Shown: piece after piece, positions 1 through 8,524 of the stretch
Layout: each line of letters begins with the position of its first letter
How positions within the stretch are numbered: position 1 is the first letter of the stretch
Origin: an uncultured virus (IMG/VR IMGVR_UViG_3300048606_000139)
Taxonomy: Duplodnaviria > Heunggongvirae > Uroviricota > Caudoviricetes
Length of the DNA stretch: 64,000 nt
Virus record (IMG/VR): IMGVR_UViG_3300048606_000139
Direction: 5' to 3' (one strand)
Made by a program: the position numbers and the translations under genes
Notes under the pieces: model-generated
What the model saw: the letters and a program-made list of their open reading frames with translations, nothing else
What the model was told of the DNA's origin: nothing
The model's database searches: none

Positions 1-81
1 AGCAAGGGCCTATGCGATCTACCGAAAGCTGCATGAGTTGCGCGGCAGACCGATCGAGCGCCGAGCCGCAAAGGCCACCCC

Positions 82-279
82 ATGACCTGTGCATCGTGCG
101 GAGGCTCCGCCCACCCTTCAACCGGCTGCCAATACACCGAGCGCACCCTCATCTGCCGCCGATGCACGGTCGCGTTCTGGGCCTGGCTCAGACAGCACGT
201 CAACGGGAAGGGTCTCCGCAAGGGCCTCTGCTTCTACGACCACGTGAAGCCGGTGGAGAGCGAGACACCCCCATGCTGA
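82..279 (+). CDS. Small Cys-rich hypothetical phage protein
   Basis: 65 aa ORF with CxxC motifs, overlapping the start of the next ORF. Confidence 0.5.
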   Translation: MTCASCGGSAHPSTGCQYTERTLICRRCTVAFWAWLRQHVNGKGLRKGLCFYDHVKPVESETPPC

Positions 280-629
280 CCCGCCCCGACTTCGAAAGCA
301 TCCTCTCGCGGATCGCTTACCGCAAAGGCTGGCGCTTCCACTTGAATTTCGAGTCGGATCGCCCCTGGATGCAAGTGCGCTTCATGGCGCTCGACGTGCC
401 TGGAAGCGTGCTCATCACGCTCCACGGCCGCAAGTGGTTCCTCTCGCCCCACATGACCGAGTCCGAGGTCGTGGCCACCGCGTTCAAAGCGCTGCTTACC
501 GCCGAGGAGCACGAGTGTCGCGAGCGCTTCACGTATCGCGGCCAACGCGTGTTCGGCCCGCACATCGACGTCGCGCGGGTCGCTTCGTTGCTGGAGTCCG
601 GCGAGCTCGGAACGGTGGAGCGCCCGTGA
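273..629 (+). CDS. Hypothetical phage protein
   Basis: ATG at 273 (MLTRPDFESIL...), protein-like composition, GRKWFLS/EEHECRE motifs. Confidence 0.7.
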   Translation: MLTRPDFESILSRIAYRKGWRFHLNFESDRPWMQVRFMALDVPGSVLITLHGRKWFLSPHMTESEVVATAFKALLTAEEHECRERFTYRGQRVFGPHIDVARVASLLESGELGTVERP

Positions 630-667
630 CCATCTACTTCGACACGAACCAACCCAAAGGAACCTCA

Positions 668-1567
668 ATGAAACGCCCTGGCATCGGCGCGGTCGTCGGC
701 CGCTTTCAAGTCCACGACCTCCACGAAGGTCACCGCGCATTGATCGACGAAGCGAACAAGCACGCCCGGCTCGTCGTGTTCATCGGCATCAGCCCGTACC
801 TCGTCACGCCAAACGACCCGCTGGACTTCGCAGCGCGCGAGCAGATGGTCAAGGCGCTCTACCCCAACGCCGTCGTGTCGCCGCTGGCGGACATGCCCAC
901 CGACGCCGGATGGTCTGCCGCCATCGACTCGCGGCTCGCCGAGGTCTTCCCGCTCGACAAGCCCACGCTCTACTTCGGGCGCGGTTCGTCGCGTTCCAAG
1001 TACAGCGGCCGGCTCCCAACGTCCGAGATTGACGCCATCGCGCTTCACTCGGGCACCGACATTCGAACCGCGGTCGGCAAGCAGGTCCAAGACTCGGCAG
1101 ACTTCCGCGCCGGCGTGATCTACGCGGCGCACAACATGTGGCAGCGCGCCGTGCCCGCGGTGGACATCGCGATCACGCGCAAGGCGGCGATCGGGTACGA
1201 GGTGCTGCTTGGCCAGCGCTCGAACGAAGGCGGGCAGTACCGCTTCCCCGGTGGCCACGTCGACATCCGCGATGAGAGTTCCGAGGTGGCGGCGAGGCGT
1301 GAGGCGCAGGAAGAGACCGGGGTTGAGATTGGCACCCTCCAATACATCGGCAGCTTCCGGGTCAAGAGCGGCAGCCATTGGGCGATGTTCACCAATTTCT
1401 ACGCCGCGCCATACGTGTTCGGCAGCGCGACCGCATCCGATGACATCGATCGGGTCGAGTGGATGCCGCTCCACAAACTCAGCTCACTTCCATTCGCCGA
1501 CGCGCACGCGGCCCTCGCAAACGCTTTGCTGAACTTCATCGACAGAACAGGAGACACGGTCAAATGA
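668..1567 (+). CDS. nadM: Bifunctional NMN adenylyltransferase / ADP-ribose pyrophosphatase (NadM-Nudix)
   Basis: GRFQ..HEGH nucleotidyltransferase motif, SGTDIR motif, Nudix box GGHVDIRDESSEVAARREAQEETG; AAAGGA RBS before ATG 668. Confidence 0.9.
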   Translation: MKRPGIGAVVGRFQVHDLHEGHRALIDEANKHARLVVFIGISPYLVTPNDPLDFAAREQMVKALYPNAVVSPLADMPTDAGWSAAIDSRLAEVFPLDKPTLYFGRGSSRSKYSGRLPTSEIDAIALHSGTDIRTAVGKQVQDSADFRAGVIYAAHNMWQRAVPAVDIAITRKAAIGYEVLLGQRSNEGGQYRFPGGHVDIRDESSEVAARREAQEETGVEIGTLQYIGSFRVKSGSHWAMFTNFYAAPYVFGSATASDDIDRVEWMPLHKLSSLPFADAHAALANALLNFIDRTGDTVK

Positions 1568-2922
1568 GCCAGACGCCACTGTTTCACATGAGCCGCGGCA
1601 CCGACAGCTACAAGTTCACGCATCACAAGCAGTATCCACCTGGTACGACGCACGTGTTCTCGTACTTCGCCGCGCGCGGCGCGCCCGCCGGTTGGTCGGG
1701 TGACGTACTGTTCTTCGGACTGCAGTACTTTCTCAAGCGCTACCTGGCCGGCACGGTCGTCACGCGCGAACAGATATTGCGTTCTGCTGAGATGGTCGCC
1801 GCGCACTTTGGCAACCCGGAACTCTTCAACACGGCCGGGTGGATGCACATCTTGGAGCATCACAATGGCCGGCTGCCCGTCGTCATCAACGCGTTGCCAG
1901 AGGGCTCGATCGCTAAGGTGGGCCAGCCGCTGTTCACGATCGAGAACACCGACCCAGCCTGCCACTGGCTGACGAGCTACCTCGAGACGCTTCTCGTGCA
2001 GACGTGGAGCATGTGCACGGTCGCGACCAACTCATGGGAGTGCAAGCGTGTTCTGCGTGACGCGCTCGAACTGTCGGGCGATCCTGCCGGGCTACCGTTC
2101 AAGCTGCACGACTTCGGCTACCGCGGCGTGACGTGTCCCGAAGCAGCGGCAACCGCAGGCGCCGCACACCTCGTGAGCTTCATGGGCACCGACACGTTTG
2201 CGGCCATCGACATGCTGGCCGAATACTACGGCTGCAACCAGATGCCCGGGTATAGCATCCCCGCATCAGAGCACTCGACGATCACGAGTTGGGGCAAAGA
2301 GCACGAGCTGGGGGCGTACGCCAACATGCTGGATCAGTACCCGACGGGGCTGTTCGCGTGCGTCAGCGATTCCTACGACGTTTTCAGCGCCTGCAAAAAC
2401 CTGTGGGGCGGAGTGCTTCGCGATCGTGTACTCGCGCGCAATGGAACGCTCGTCGTGCGGCCAGATTCCGGGGAGCTTCCTGGAACGGTGCTCGCCGTAC
2501 TCGACGCGCTCGGCGAATCGTTCGGAACGACCGTTAACGCAAAGGGCTATCGCGTGCTACCGAGTCAGGTCCGCGTCATCCAAGGCGACGGCATCGATCG
2601 CTCTATGCTGCGCACCATCGTTGACGAAATGCTGCGCCAGCGATGGTCCATCGATAACATCGCATTCGGCAGCGGCGGCGGGCTCCTGCAGAAGTTCGAC
2701 CGCGACACTCTGCGGTTCGCGATGAAGTGCAGCTCCATCCGCGTCAACGGCGAGGAGCGCGATTGCTACAAAGCGCCGGTCACTGACCCAGGCAAAACGT
2801 CGTTGCGTGGTCGGCTCGAGCAGTACACGGGCGAGATGGTCGAGGTGTTCCGTGATGGCACCGTCTTGATCGATCAGCACTTCGAAGACATCCGCACACG
2901 CGCGGCGATCCAGACGCCATGA
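1564..2922 (+). CDS. nadV: Nicotinamide phosphoribosyltransferase (Nampt/NadV)
   Basis: TDSYKFTH..QYP, LHDFGYRG, SIPASEHS, VSDSYD, VVRPDSG, IQGDG, FGSGGGLLQ motifs; ATGA-coupled to nadM. Confidence 0.95.
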   Translation: MSQTPLFHMSRGTDSYKFTHHKQYPPGTTHVFSYFAARGAPAGWSGDVLFFGLQYFLKRYLAGTVVTREQILRSAEMVAAHFGNPELFNTAGWMHILEHHNGRLPVVINALPEGSIAKVGQPLFTIENTDPACHWLTSYLETLLVQTWSMCTVATNSWECKRVLRDALELSGDPAGLPFKLHDFGYRGVTCPEAAATAGAAHLVSFMGTDTFAAIDMLAEYYGCNQMPGYSIPASEHSTITSWGKEHELGAYANMLDQYPTGLFACVSDSYDVFSACKNLWGGVLRDRVLARNGTLVVRPDSGELPGTVLAVLDALGESFGTTVNAKGYRVLPSQVRVIQGDGIDRSMLRTIVDEMLRQRWSIDNIAFGSGGGLLQKFDRDTLRFAMKCSSIRVNGEERDCYKAPVTDPGKTSLRGRLEQYTGEMVEVFRDGTVLIDQHFEDIRTRAAIQTP

Positions 2923-3206
2923 ACATCGACGACGCCTGCAAGGTCGCAGACAGCTGTCGCGCCGCGGTAGGCCGCGCACCCAAAGTACCGGGCCAGTTCC
3001 TCCCGCGAGAGCAAGCGTGCGTTGCGTTGGCGGACGAGTATCTCCGACTGCGCGACATCGAGTCAGCGGCAGCAATGCTGATCGCCGATCAGAAAGAATT
3101 CACCGGCGGCTCGCTCCCACCAAACATGTGGTCGCTGAACAATCTGCTGCTCAGGCGACCGCTGCCGCCGGGCGCCATGGAAGAGATTCGAAGGTACCGA
3201 CCATGA
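2919..3206 (+). CDS. Hypothetical protein
   Basis: ATGA overlaps at both ends. Confidence 0.6.
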   Translation: MNIDDACKVADSCRAAVGRAPKVPGQFLPREQACVALADEYLRLRDIESAAAMLIADQKEFTGGSLPPNMWSLNNLLLRRPLPPGAMEEIRRYRP

Positions 3207-3448
3207 CCACCCTACCCTGCGCAGATTGCGAAACTGCCAGCGGTGGCGTCTGCGAACCCCACGCCGATCTGATGCGCCGCGTCCGCTACACGGCGGCGAA
3301 CATGCTCTTGCCCAAGGTCCGTTACGATGCTGCCGGGACGCCCGACCGCAAACTGCCGTGCTGCCACCGGTGCGAGGAAGACGAGTTGATCGGCAATCAG
3401 CTTGGGGTGACGTGTTTGCGGTGTGCGTGGGTTTGGAGGAAGTCGTGA
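3203..3448 (+). CDS. Small Cys-rich hypothetical protein
   Basis: ATG 3203 coupled to upstream stop; CxxC pairs. Confidence 0.55.
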   Translation: MTTLPCADCETASGGVCEPHADLMRRVRYTAANMLLPKVRYDAAGTPDRKLPCCHRCEEDELIGNQLGVTCLRCAWVWRKS

Positions 3449-3459
3449 CCACGATTACT

Positions 3460-3532
3460 GCGGAGGTAGCTCAGTTGGTAGAGCACGTGATTCTTAATCA
3501 TGTGGTCGCGAGTTCGAATCTCGCCCTCCGCA
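3460..3532 (+). tRNA. tRNA-Lys(CTT), CCA not encoded
   Basis: Acceptor GCGGAGG/CCTCCGC, D arm GCTC-AGTTGGTA-GAGC, anticodon loop TT-CTT-AA (anticodon 3493-3495), T arm GCGAG-TTCGAAT-CTCGC. Confidence 0.93.
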
Positions 3533-3561
3533 CTGTCAACCGTTTCTGAGTGGAGATCCAG

Positions 3562-5196
3562 ATGGCAAACCAGGCACTATTTCAGACGCAACCCGGAGCA
3601 CTTGTGCCGCCGGCTGACACGAAAAACGCCGCGGGTGGCAAGGCTTACGCTTTGTCACCAGAGCAAGCACTGGCGCAGTACGCGGTCACCGGAACGTTCG
3701 GTGACACGTACTACGTTGGCGCAAAGGAACAGCTCGCCGAAGTGCTTGCACTCGCGCAGAAGTGCGAGCCGAGGTTCGTTGCCAAGTGCGCGGTGTACGC
3801 ACGCAAGAAGGGCCACATGAAGGATATGCCGGCGTTCTTGCTGGCGACGTTGGCCGCGCGCGCCAAGGGCCCCGACAATGCCATCTGTGTCGAGCCGACT
3901 GCCGCGCTTGCCGCAGCGTTTCCGCTCGTCATCGACAACGGCAAGATGCTCCGCAACTTCGCGCAGATCGTTCGCAGCGGAGTCACCGGCCGCAAGAGCT
4001 TCGGAACCGCGGTACGTCGGCTGATCCGCGATTGGTTCGACGCGCGTACCGGCGATCAGCTGTTCCGCGATTCCGTGGGCGAAAAGCCGAGCATGGCGGA
4101 CGTGATCAAGATGGTGCATCCGAAAGGCTCGACGCCTGAACGCGATGCGCTTTACGCGTACCTGATCGGCAGCAAGAAGGCGAAGGAGAAGGTCCTCGCG
4201 CTGTCACAGCTCGTGAAGTACTACGAGATCTACAAAGAGCACAGACGGCTCGGCACTGAAGCCGATCTCGTCCGAGAACTCGGCGTGCCCGACGTGCCGT
4301 TCCAAATGCTCGACAGTCTCGGCCTGGACACCGACGGCTGGACACAGGTTGCCAAGCGCGCGGGCTGGCAGATGCTGCGGATGAACCTCAACACCTTCGC
4401 GCGCCACGGCGTGCTCAAGGATCCTGAGGTGGCCAAGTTCATCGCGGACAGGCTGCGAGACCCAGGTGCCATCGCGAAGGCACGTGTGTTCCCGTATCAG
4501 CTGCTGATGGCGTTCAAGGCCACCGAGGGCAACGCGGATATCCCGGTATCGATCAAGCTCGCGTTGCAGGATGCGATGGAAATCGCGACGGCGAACGTCC
4601 CTGCGTATTCGTGCAGCGTCGTCATCGCCGTGGACACGTCCAGTTCGATGCGGTCGCCCATCACCGGAGAACGCGCTGCGTCATCTCAAGTGTCATGTGT
4701 GGATGTGGCAGCGCTGATCGCTTCGTGCGTGATGCGCCGCAACCCGGAAACGCTGGTGATGCCGTTCGACACGCGAGTCCACCCGCACGACCTGAATCCG
4801 CGGGATAGCGTGATGACGAACGCGCAGAAACTCGCGCGCTACGGCGGCGGTGGCACCGACTGCTCGCTCGTGCTTCAGGCAGTCAATCACCAACGGTTGA
4901 CGCCCGACCTCGTGATCTACGTCTCGGACAATGAATCGTGGATGGATCGGCAGTACGTGTCGACGGGTACCGGCATGGCTGCGGAGTGGGCCAAGCACAA
5001 GGCATTCAATCCGAAGGCAAAACTCGTCTGCATCGACCTTACGCCGCACGCGAATGTGCAGGCGAGGACGCGCGCAGACACGCTCAACGTCGGCGGATTC
5101 TCCGATGCGGTATTCGAGGTGATCGCGACGTTTCTCGAAGAGAAAGATGCAGATGCGTTCGCAAGGACGATTGACAGCGTAGAGCTTGGTGGCTAG
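3562..5196 (+). CDS. rsr: Ro60/Rsr TROVE + vWA RNA-binding protein
   Basis: N.AGG.AY, TGTF...YY, GHMKDMPA, LRMNLNTFARHGV, ARVFPYQL, vWA DTSSSM / GGGTDC / SDNESW; GGAG RBS before ATG 3562. Confidence 0.93.
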   Translation: MANQALFQTQPGALVPPADTKNAAGGKAYALSPEQALAQYAVTGTFGDTYYVGAKEQLAEVLALAQKCEPRFVAKCAVYARKKGHMKDMPAFLLATLAARAKGPDNAICVEPTAALAAAFPLVIDNGKMLRNFAQIVRSGVTGRKSFGTAVRRLIRDWFDARTGDQLFRDSVGEKPSMADVIKMVHPKGSTPERDALYAYLIGSKKAKEKVLALSQLVKYYEIYKEHRRLGTEADLVRELGVPDVPFQMLDSLGLDTDGWTQVAKRAGWQMLRMNLNTFARHGVLKDPEVAKFIADRLRDPGAIAKARVFPYQLLMAFKATEGNADIPVSIKLALQDAMEIATANVPAYSCSVVIAVDTSSSMRSPITGERAASSQVSCVDVAALIASCVMRRNPETLVMPFDTRVHPHDLNPRDSVMTNAQKLARYGGGGTDCSLVLQAVNHQRLTPDLVIYVSDNESWMDRQYVSTGTGMAAEWAKHKAFNPKAKLVCIDLTPHANVQARTRADTLNVGGFSDAVFEVIATFLEEKDADAFARTIDSVELGG

Positions 5197-5202
5197 GGTT
5201 CC

Positions 5203-5265
5203 GGTGTAGCGAATGCGTCGGGCTTTACATGGTAAGGCAAGTCTGACACCCCTTGTCGCTGCACC
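5203..5265 (+). ncRNA. Short Y RNA (YrlB-like)
   Basis: Terminal stem GGTGTAGCGA/TCGCTGCACC, inner stem GTCGGGCTT/AAGTCTGAC; shares AATGC..G, TTTACA and CTT(T)GT motifs with the adjacent YrlA; 7 nt after rsr stop. Confidence 0.7.
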
Positions 5266-5272
5266 AAGTTTC

Positions 5273-5423
5273 ATGGCGAGAAATGCCGCTCGGGTTTACA
5301 CCTTTGCAAGTGAGTGGTCGCAGGTTCGAGCCCTGCCAGCGACCGTAGCCCGCGAGGGTCACCGGTCGCTGTAGCTCAGTTGGTAGAGCACTAAAACGAC
5401 TCGAGCATCTTTGTTCTCGCCGT
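5273..5423 (+). ncRNA. yrlA: YrlA-type tRNA-mimicking Y RNA
   Basis: Terminal stem ATGGCGAGAA/TTCTCGCCGT; circularly permuted tRNA module: T arm (GCAGG-TTCGAGC-CCTGC), closed acceptor stem (CAGCGACC/GGTCGCTG), then D arm (GCTC-AGTTGGTA-GAGC); downstream of rsr. Confidence 0.88.
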
Positions 5424-5603
5424 CTCTGTTCCGCTGCGAAATGCGCTGAGCTGTCCATCGCTATTTGACAACCAGTTCAGCACTCTTGTTCGCAGCTTTC
5501 TATCTTCGCGCTTGACGGGCCAGTCCGTGAAGCGCTGCCACGTCGCACGGACGTATTGATGAAAGGCACACCTGGATTGACCCGTGATTCGAGGAGCGAC
5601 CAA

Positions 5604-5747
5604 ATGAGCGACACAACTTCAGGCAAACGATCGATCTACGTCGTGCGCGGCACGGCAGGCGAATACTCCGATCAACGCCACTGGCTGGTCGCGGCATTCG
5701 GAGCCGAGCCGGACGCGATTGCGGCAGCGACTACCACGATGGGTTGA
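5604..5747 (+). CDS. Small hypothetical phage protein, possibly truncated
   Basis: GAGGAG RBS, IYVVRGTAGEYSD..WLVAAF motif, only 47 aa. Confidence 0.45.
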   Translation: MSDTTSGKRSIYVVRGTAGEYSDQRHWLVAAFGAEPDAIAAATTTMG

Positions 5748-5822
5748 CCCCCGAGCAGCGCGAGCAGTTGAAGCAGGAACAGAGGCATCAGCGTCGGGCC
5801 CGACGCAAGGATCAGCCACGCC

Positions 5823-7979
5823 ATGGTGAGCCAGGAAAGCGACCGAGTGGACTACGACATCTACAACTCGCCAGGCGTACCGATCAAGGCGTGGACGCGC
5901 GGTGTGCCCGTGGAAGACAAAGCGCTTGAGCAGGTTCGCAACACGGCATCGCTGCCGATCGTTCATAGCCACGTGGCGCTGATGGGCGACTGTCACTGGG
6001 GGCAAGGCGCCACCGTTGGCAGCGTGGTTGCTACGATCGGTGCTGTAATTCCAGCTTCAGTTGGCGTCGACATTGGATGTTTTGTTGGAGAAACCAAGGT
6101 GCCGCTGCTCGACGGAACTCAGGCCACGTTACAGGAGCTGGCCGATCGGCCCGAGCCGTTCTGGGTCTATTCGGTAAATGCCGATTTACGTATTGCGCCG
6201 GGGCGCGCCACGTGCAGAAAGACCCGTACGAACGCAGCGCTGATACGCGTTGTAGTGTCGGGCGGCGACGAAGTCGTCTGCACGCCGGACCATCAATTTA
6301 TGATGCATGATGGCTCTTACCGTGAGGCGAGCGCACTGCGGTTCAACGACAGTCTCATGCCGCTGTACCGTCGATGGCAAACTAGAGATGGATACGAATC
6401 ATGCAGCAACGGTCAAGGTATGTCGTGGCAAACGCACGTCATGGCCTATGAGGCGCTCAACGGCGTGCCACCAGACGGGATGATTATTCATCACGTGAAT
6501 CACAGCCACTTTGATAATCGCCCTGACAATTTTGAACTGCTGTCGCCGAGCGAACATTCAAGATATCACAGGGCGGTCGGCAAGAAATTTCGAAATGCTG
6601 ACCCCGAGTTCCAGAAGCGGCGGCAATCTGGGATTGACCGCAGATGGAGCGATCCGGAATACCGCGCCAACGGCATCGCCGTCGGGACCGCAAACATCAC
6701 TCGGTACATGCGGGAGAAACCGGAACACTTCAAGCGCGCCGTTCGCGGCAACGGCAAACGCGGGTCCCCGGTTTTAGCAGCGTTCAACACACGGCCACGC
6801 GTATGCTCCGATTGCAATGAGACGCTGGGTAACCCAGCCAAGTTGCTTTGGCACAAGAAGCGCGAGCATGGCTACAATCATAAGGTGATACTCGCGGAAG
6901 CCATTGAGCGACGGGATGATGTGTACTGCCTTCAGGTAGAAGGACACCATAACTTCGCGATCGCGGCCGGCGTGTTCGTTCACAACTGTGGCGTCATAGC
7001 TTTGCATACGCCTTGGAAGGCAACCGATCTGCCCGACAGTCTTGCGGCGATGCGCAGCGCGATCGAGGCAGTGATACCACACGGGCGCACGAATAACGGC
7101 GGGCCCGGAGATCGCGGCGCGTGGGCAGACGTTCCAGGTGCGAACGCGATGGCATGGCGCGGCATGGCGTCATCGTTTGATCGCATCTGCGAGAAATACC
7201 CTGCCATCGCGAAGAGCAACAACGCCACGCATCTCGGCACGCTCGGGGGCGGAAATCACATGGTCGAGGTCTGCCTGGACGAGACCGGCGACGTGTGGGC
7301 GATGCTGCACTCGGGCTCGCGTGGTGTCGGCAATCGCATCGGCGGAACCTTCATAGAGCTTGCGAAAGAAGATGCCAAGCGTAACAACGTTCACCTGCCA
7401 GACGCTGACCTCGCGTACCTGAACGAAGGCAGCGAGGTGTTCGACGATTACGTCTATGCCGTCGGCTGGGCGCAAGACTACGCCCGCGTAAACCGAGAGC
7501 TGATGCTTGCGGCAACGGTCGACGCCATGAGCGGCATGCTACCCGGCCGAGAGTGGCCGCCGACGTGGGCCGGCTTGATCACGAACTGCCATCACAATTA
7601 CATCTCGCGCGAGCATCATTTCGGAGCGGACGTGATCGTCACACGCAAGGGCGCCGTATCCGCACGCGATGGCGAGGTCGGGCTGATACTCGGGTCGATG
7701 GGGACGCCGTCGTTCGTTGTGCGCGGCAAAGGCAACGCTGACAGCTTCCATACCTGCAGCCACGGCGCGGGACGCGTGATGTCTCGTGGTGAGGCCAAGC
7801 GGCGCATCACGCTTGAGGACCACGCGATCGCCACCGCTGGAGTTGAGTGTCGACGCGACAGCGAAGTGCTCGACGAATCACCCGCTGCGTACAAAGATAT
7901 TTTGGCTGTAATGGAAGCTCAAAAAGATCTCGTTGACGTCGTTCATGTTCTGAAACAGGTGCTCTGTGTCAAAGGTTAG
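5823..7979 (+). CDS. rtcB: RtcB RNA ligase interrupted by an intein
   Basis: MGDCHWGQGATVG, VGVDIG|CG, GTLGGGNH, LHSGSRG, NCHHNY, TRKGA, SHGAGR, LDESPAAYK motifs; exact start uncertain. Confidence 0.93.
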   Translation: MVSQESDRVDYDIYNSPGVPIKAWTRGVPVEDKALEQVRNTASLPIVHSHVALMGDCHWGQGATVGSVVATIGAVIPASVGVDIGCFVGETKVPLLDGTQATLQELADRPEPFWVYSVNADLRIAPGRATCRKTRTNAALIRVVVSGGDEVVCTPDHQFMMHDGSYREASALRFNDSLMPLYRRWQTRDGYESCSNGQGMSWQTHVMAYEALNGVPPDGMIIHHVNHSHFDNRPDNFELLSPSEHSRYHRAVGKKFRNADPEFQKRRQSGIDRRWSDPEYRANGIAVGTANITRYMREKPEHFKRAVRGNGKRGSPVLAAFNTRPRVCSDCNETLGNPAKLLWHKKREHGYNHKVILAEAIERRDDVYCLQVEGHHNFAIAAGVFVHNCGVIALHTPWKATDLPDSLAAMRSAIEAVIPHGRTNNGGPGDRGAWADVPGANAMAWRGMASSFDRICEKYPAIAKSNNATHLGTLGGGNHMVEVCLDETGDVWAMLHSGSRGVGNRIGGTFIELAKEDAKRNNVHLPDADLAYLNEGSEVFDDYVYAVGWAQDYARVNRELMLAATVDAMSGMLPGREWPPTWAGLITNCHHNYISREHHFGADVIVTRKGAVSARDGEVGLILGSMGTPSFVVRGKGNADSFHTCSHGAGRVMSRGEAKRRITLEDHAIATAGVECRRDSEVLDESPAAYKDILAVMEAQKDLVDVVHVLKQVLCVKG
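6078..6986 (+). mobile_element. Intein (303 aa) in RtcB with HNH endonuclease and C2H2 finger
   Basis: Begins CFVGETKV, block B CTPDHQF, ends VYCLQVEGHHNF...VFVHN|C; internal IHHVNHSHFDNRPDNFELL...H...H. Confidence 0.92.
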
Positions 7980-8520
7980 CGCTATCCGTCTGTGCAACAC
8001 ATGCAAGGTGCCGTTGAGCACTGCCAACGCATGGGTAAATCGGAAGCGCGGACAAACGCAGACAAAGTGCAAGGCGTGCCAGAAGGCATACACGTACTCT
8101 TGGCTGGTCAAGAACCGCGACAAAGAACGTGCGCGCGCCAAGGCGTACTATGCGCTGCACAAAGAACATCTAAAGGTGGTCTATGACGCAAGTCGCGTGC
8201 GCAGAAAATACGGAATGACGCCCGAACAAATCAAGCGCAAGAAAGCCGCGCAGGACGGCCTGTGCGTCATCTGCAAACTCGCCCCAGCTGTAGCCGTGGA
8301 CCATTGTCACAAGACAAAGGTAACGCGAGACATACTCTGCGGCCAATGCAACGCAATCATTGGTCTTGCGAAAGAAAACCCCGCCACGCTGAGGGCTGCG
8401 GCTCTTTATGTTGAGGTCTGGGCCGAGAAAACTCAGGAGATTCTCGCGCAAACGCGAATATCGCAGCCGGGGCTGTTTGATGGTCTCGAGCTGCGCCAAG
8501 TTTTGTGCGTGAAGGGCTGA
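7966..8520 (+). CDS. Endonuclease VII-like HNH homing endonuclease ending in a copy of the RtcB C-terminus
   Basis: KYGMT..., CVIC, VDHCH, ILCGQCN..IG motifs; last residues ELRQVLCVKG. Confidence 0.85.
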   Translation: MSKVSAIRLCNTCKVPLSTANAWVNRKRGQTQTKCKACQKAYTYSWLVKNRDKERARAKAYYALHKEHLKVVYDASRVRRKYGMTPEQIKRKKAAQDGLCVICKLAPAVAVDHCHKTKVTRDILCGQCNAIIGLAKENPATLRAAALYVEVWAEKTQEILAQTRISQPGLFDGLELRQVLCVKG

Positions 8521-8524
8521 CGCG

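Noticed and set aside
3466..3486. 21 nt identity between tRNA-Lys and the YrlA D arm (5371-5391) as a recent duplication
   Set aside because: GTAGCTCAGTTGGTAGAGCAC is a near-consensus D arm shared by many tRNAs
5310..5395. Second tRNA gene or tRNA pseudogene / att site
   Set aside because: T arm precedes D arm and the acceptor stem is closed by a loop inside a long terminal stem next to rsr; this fits YrlA, not a tRNA or attL/attR remnant
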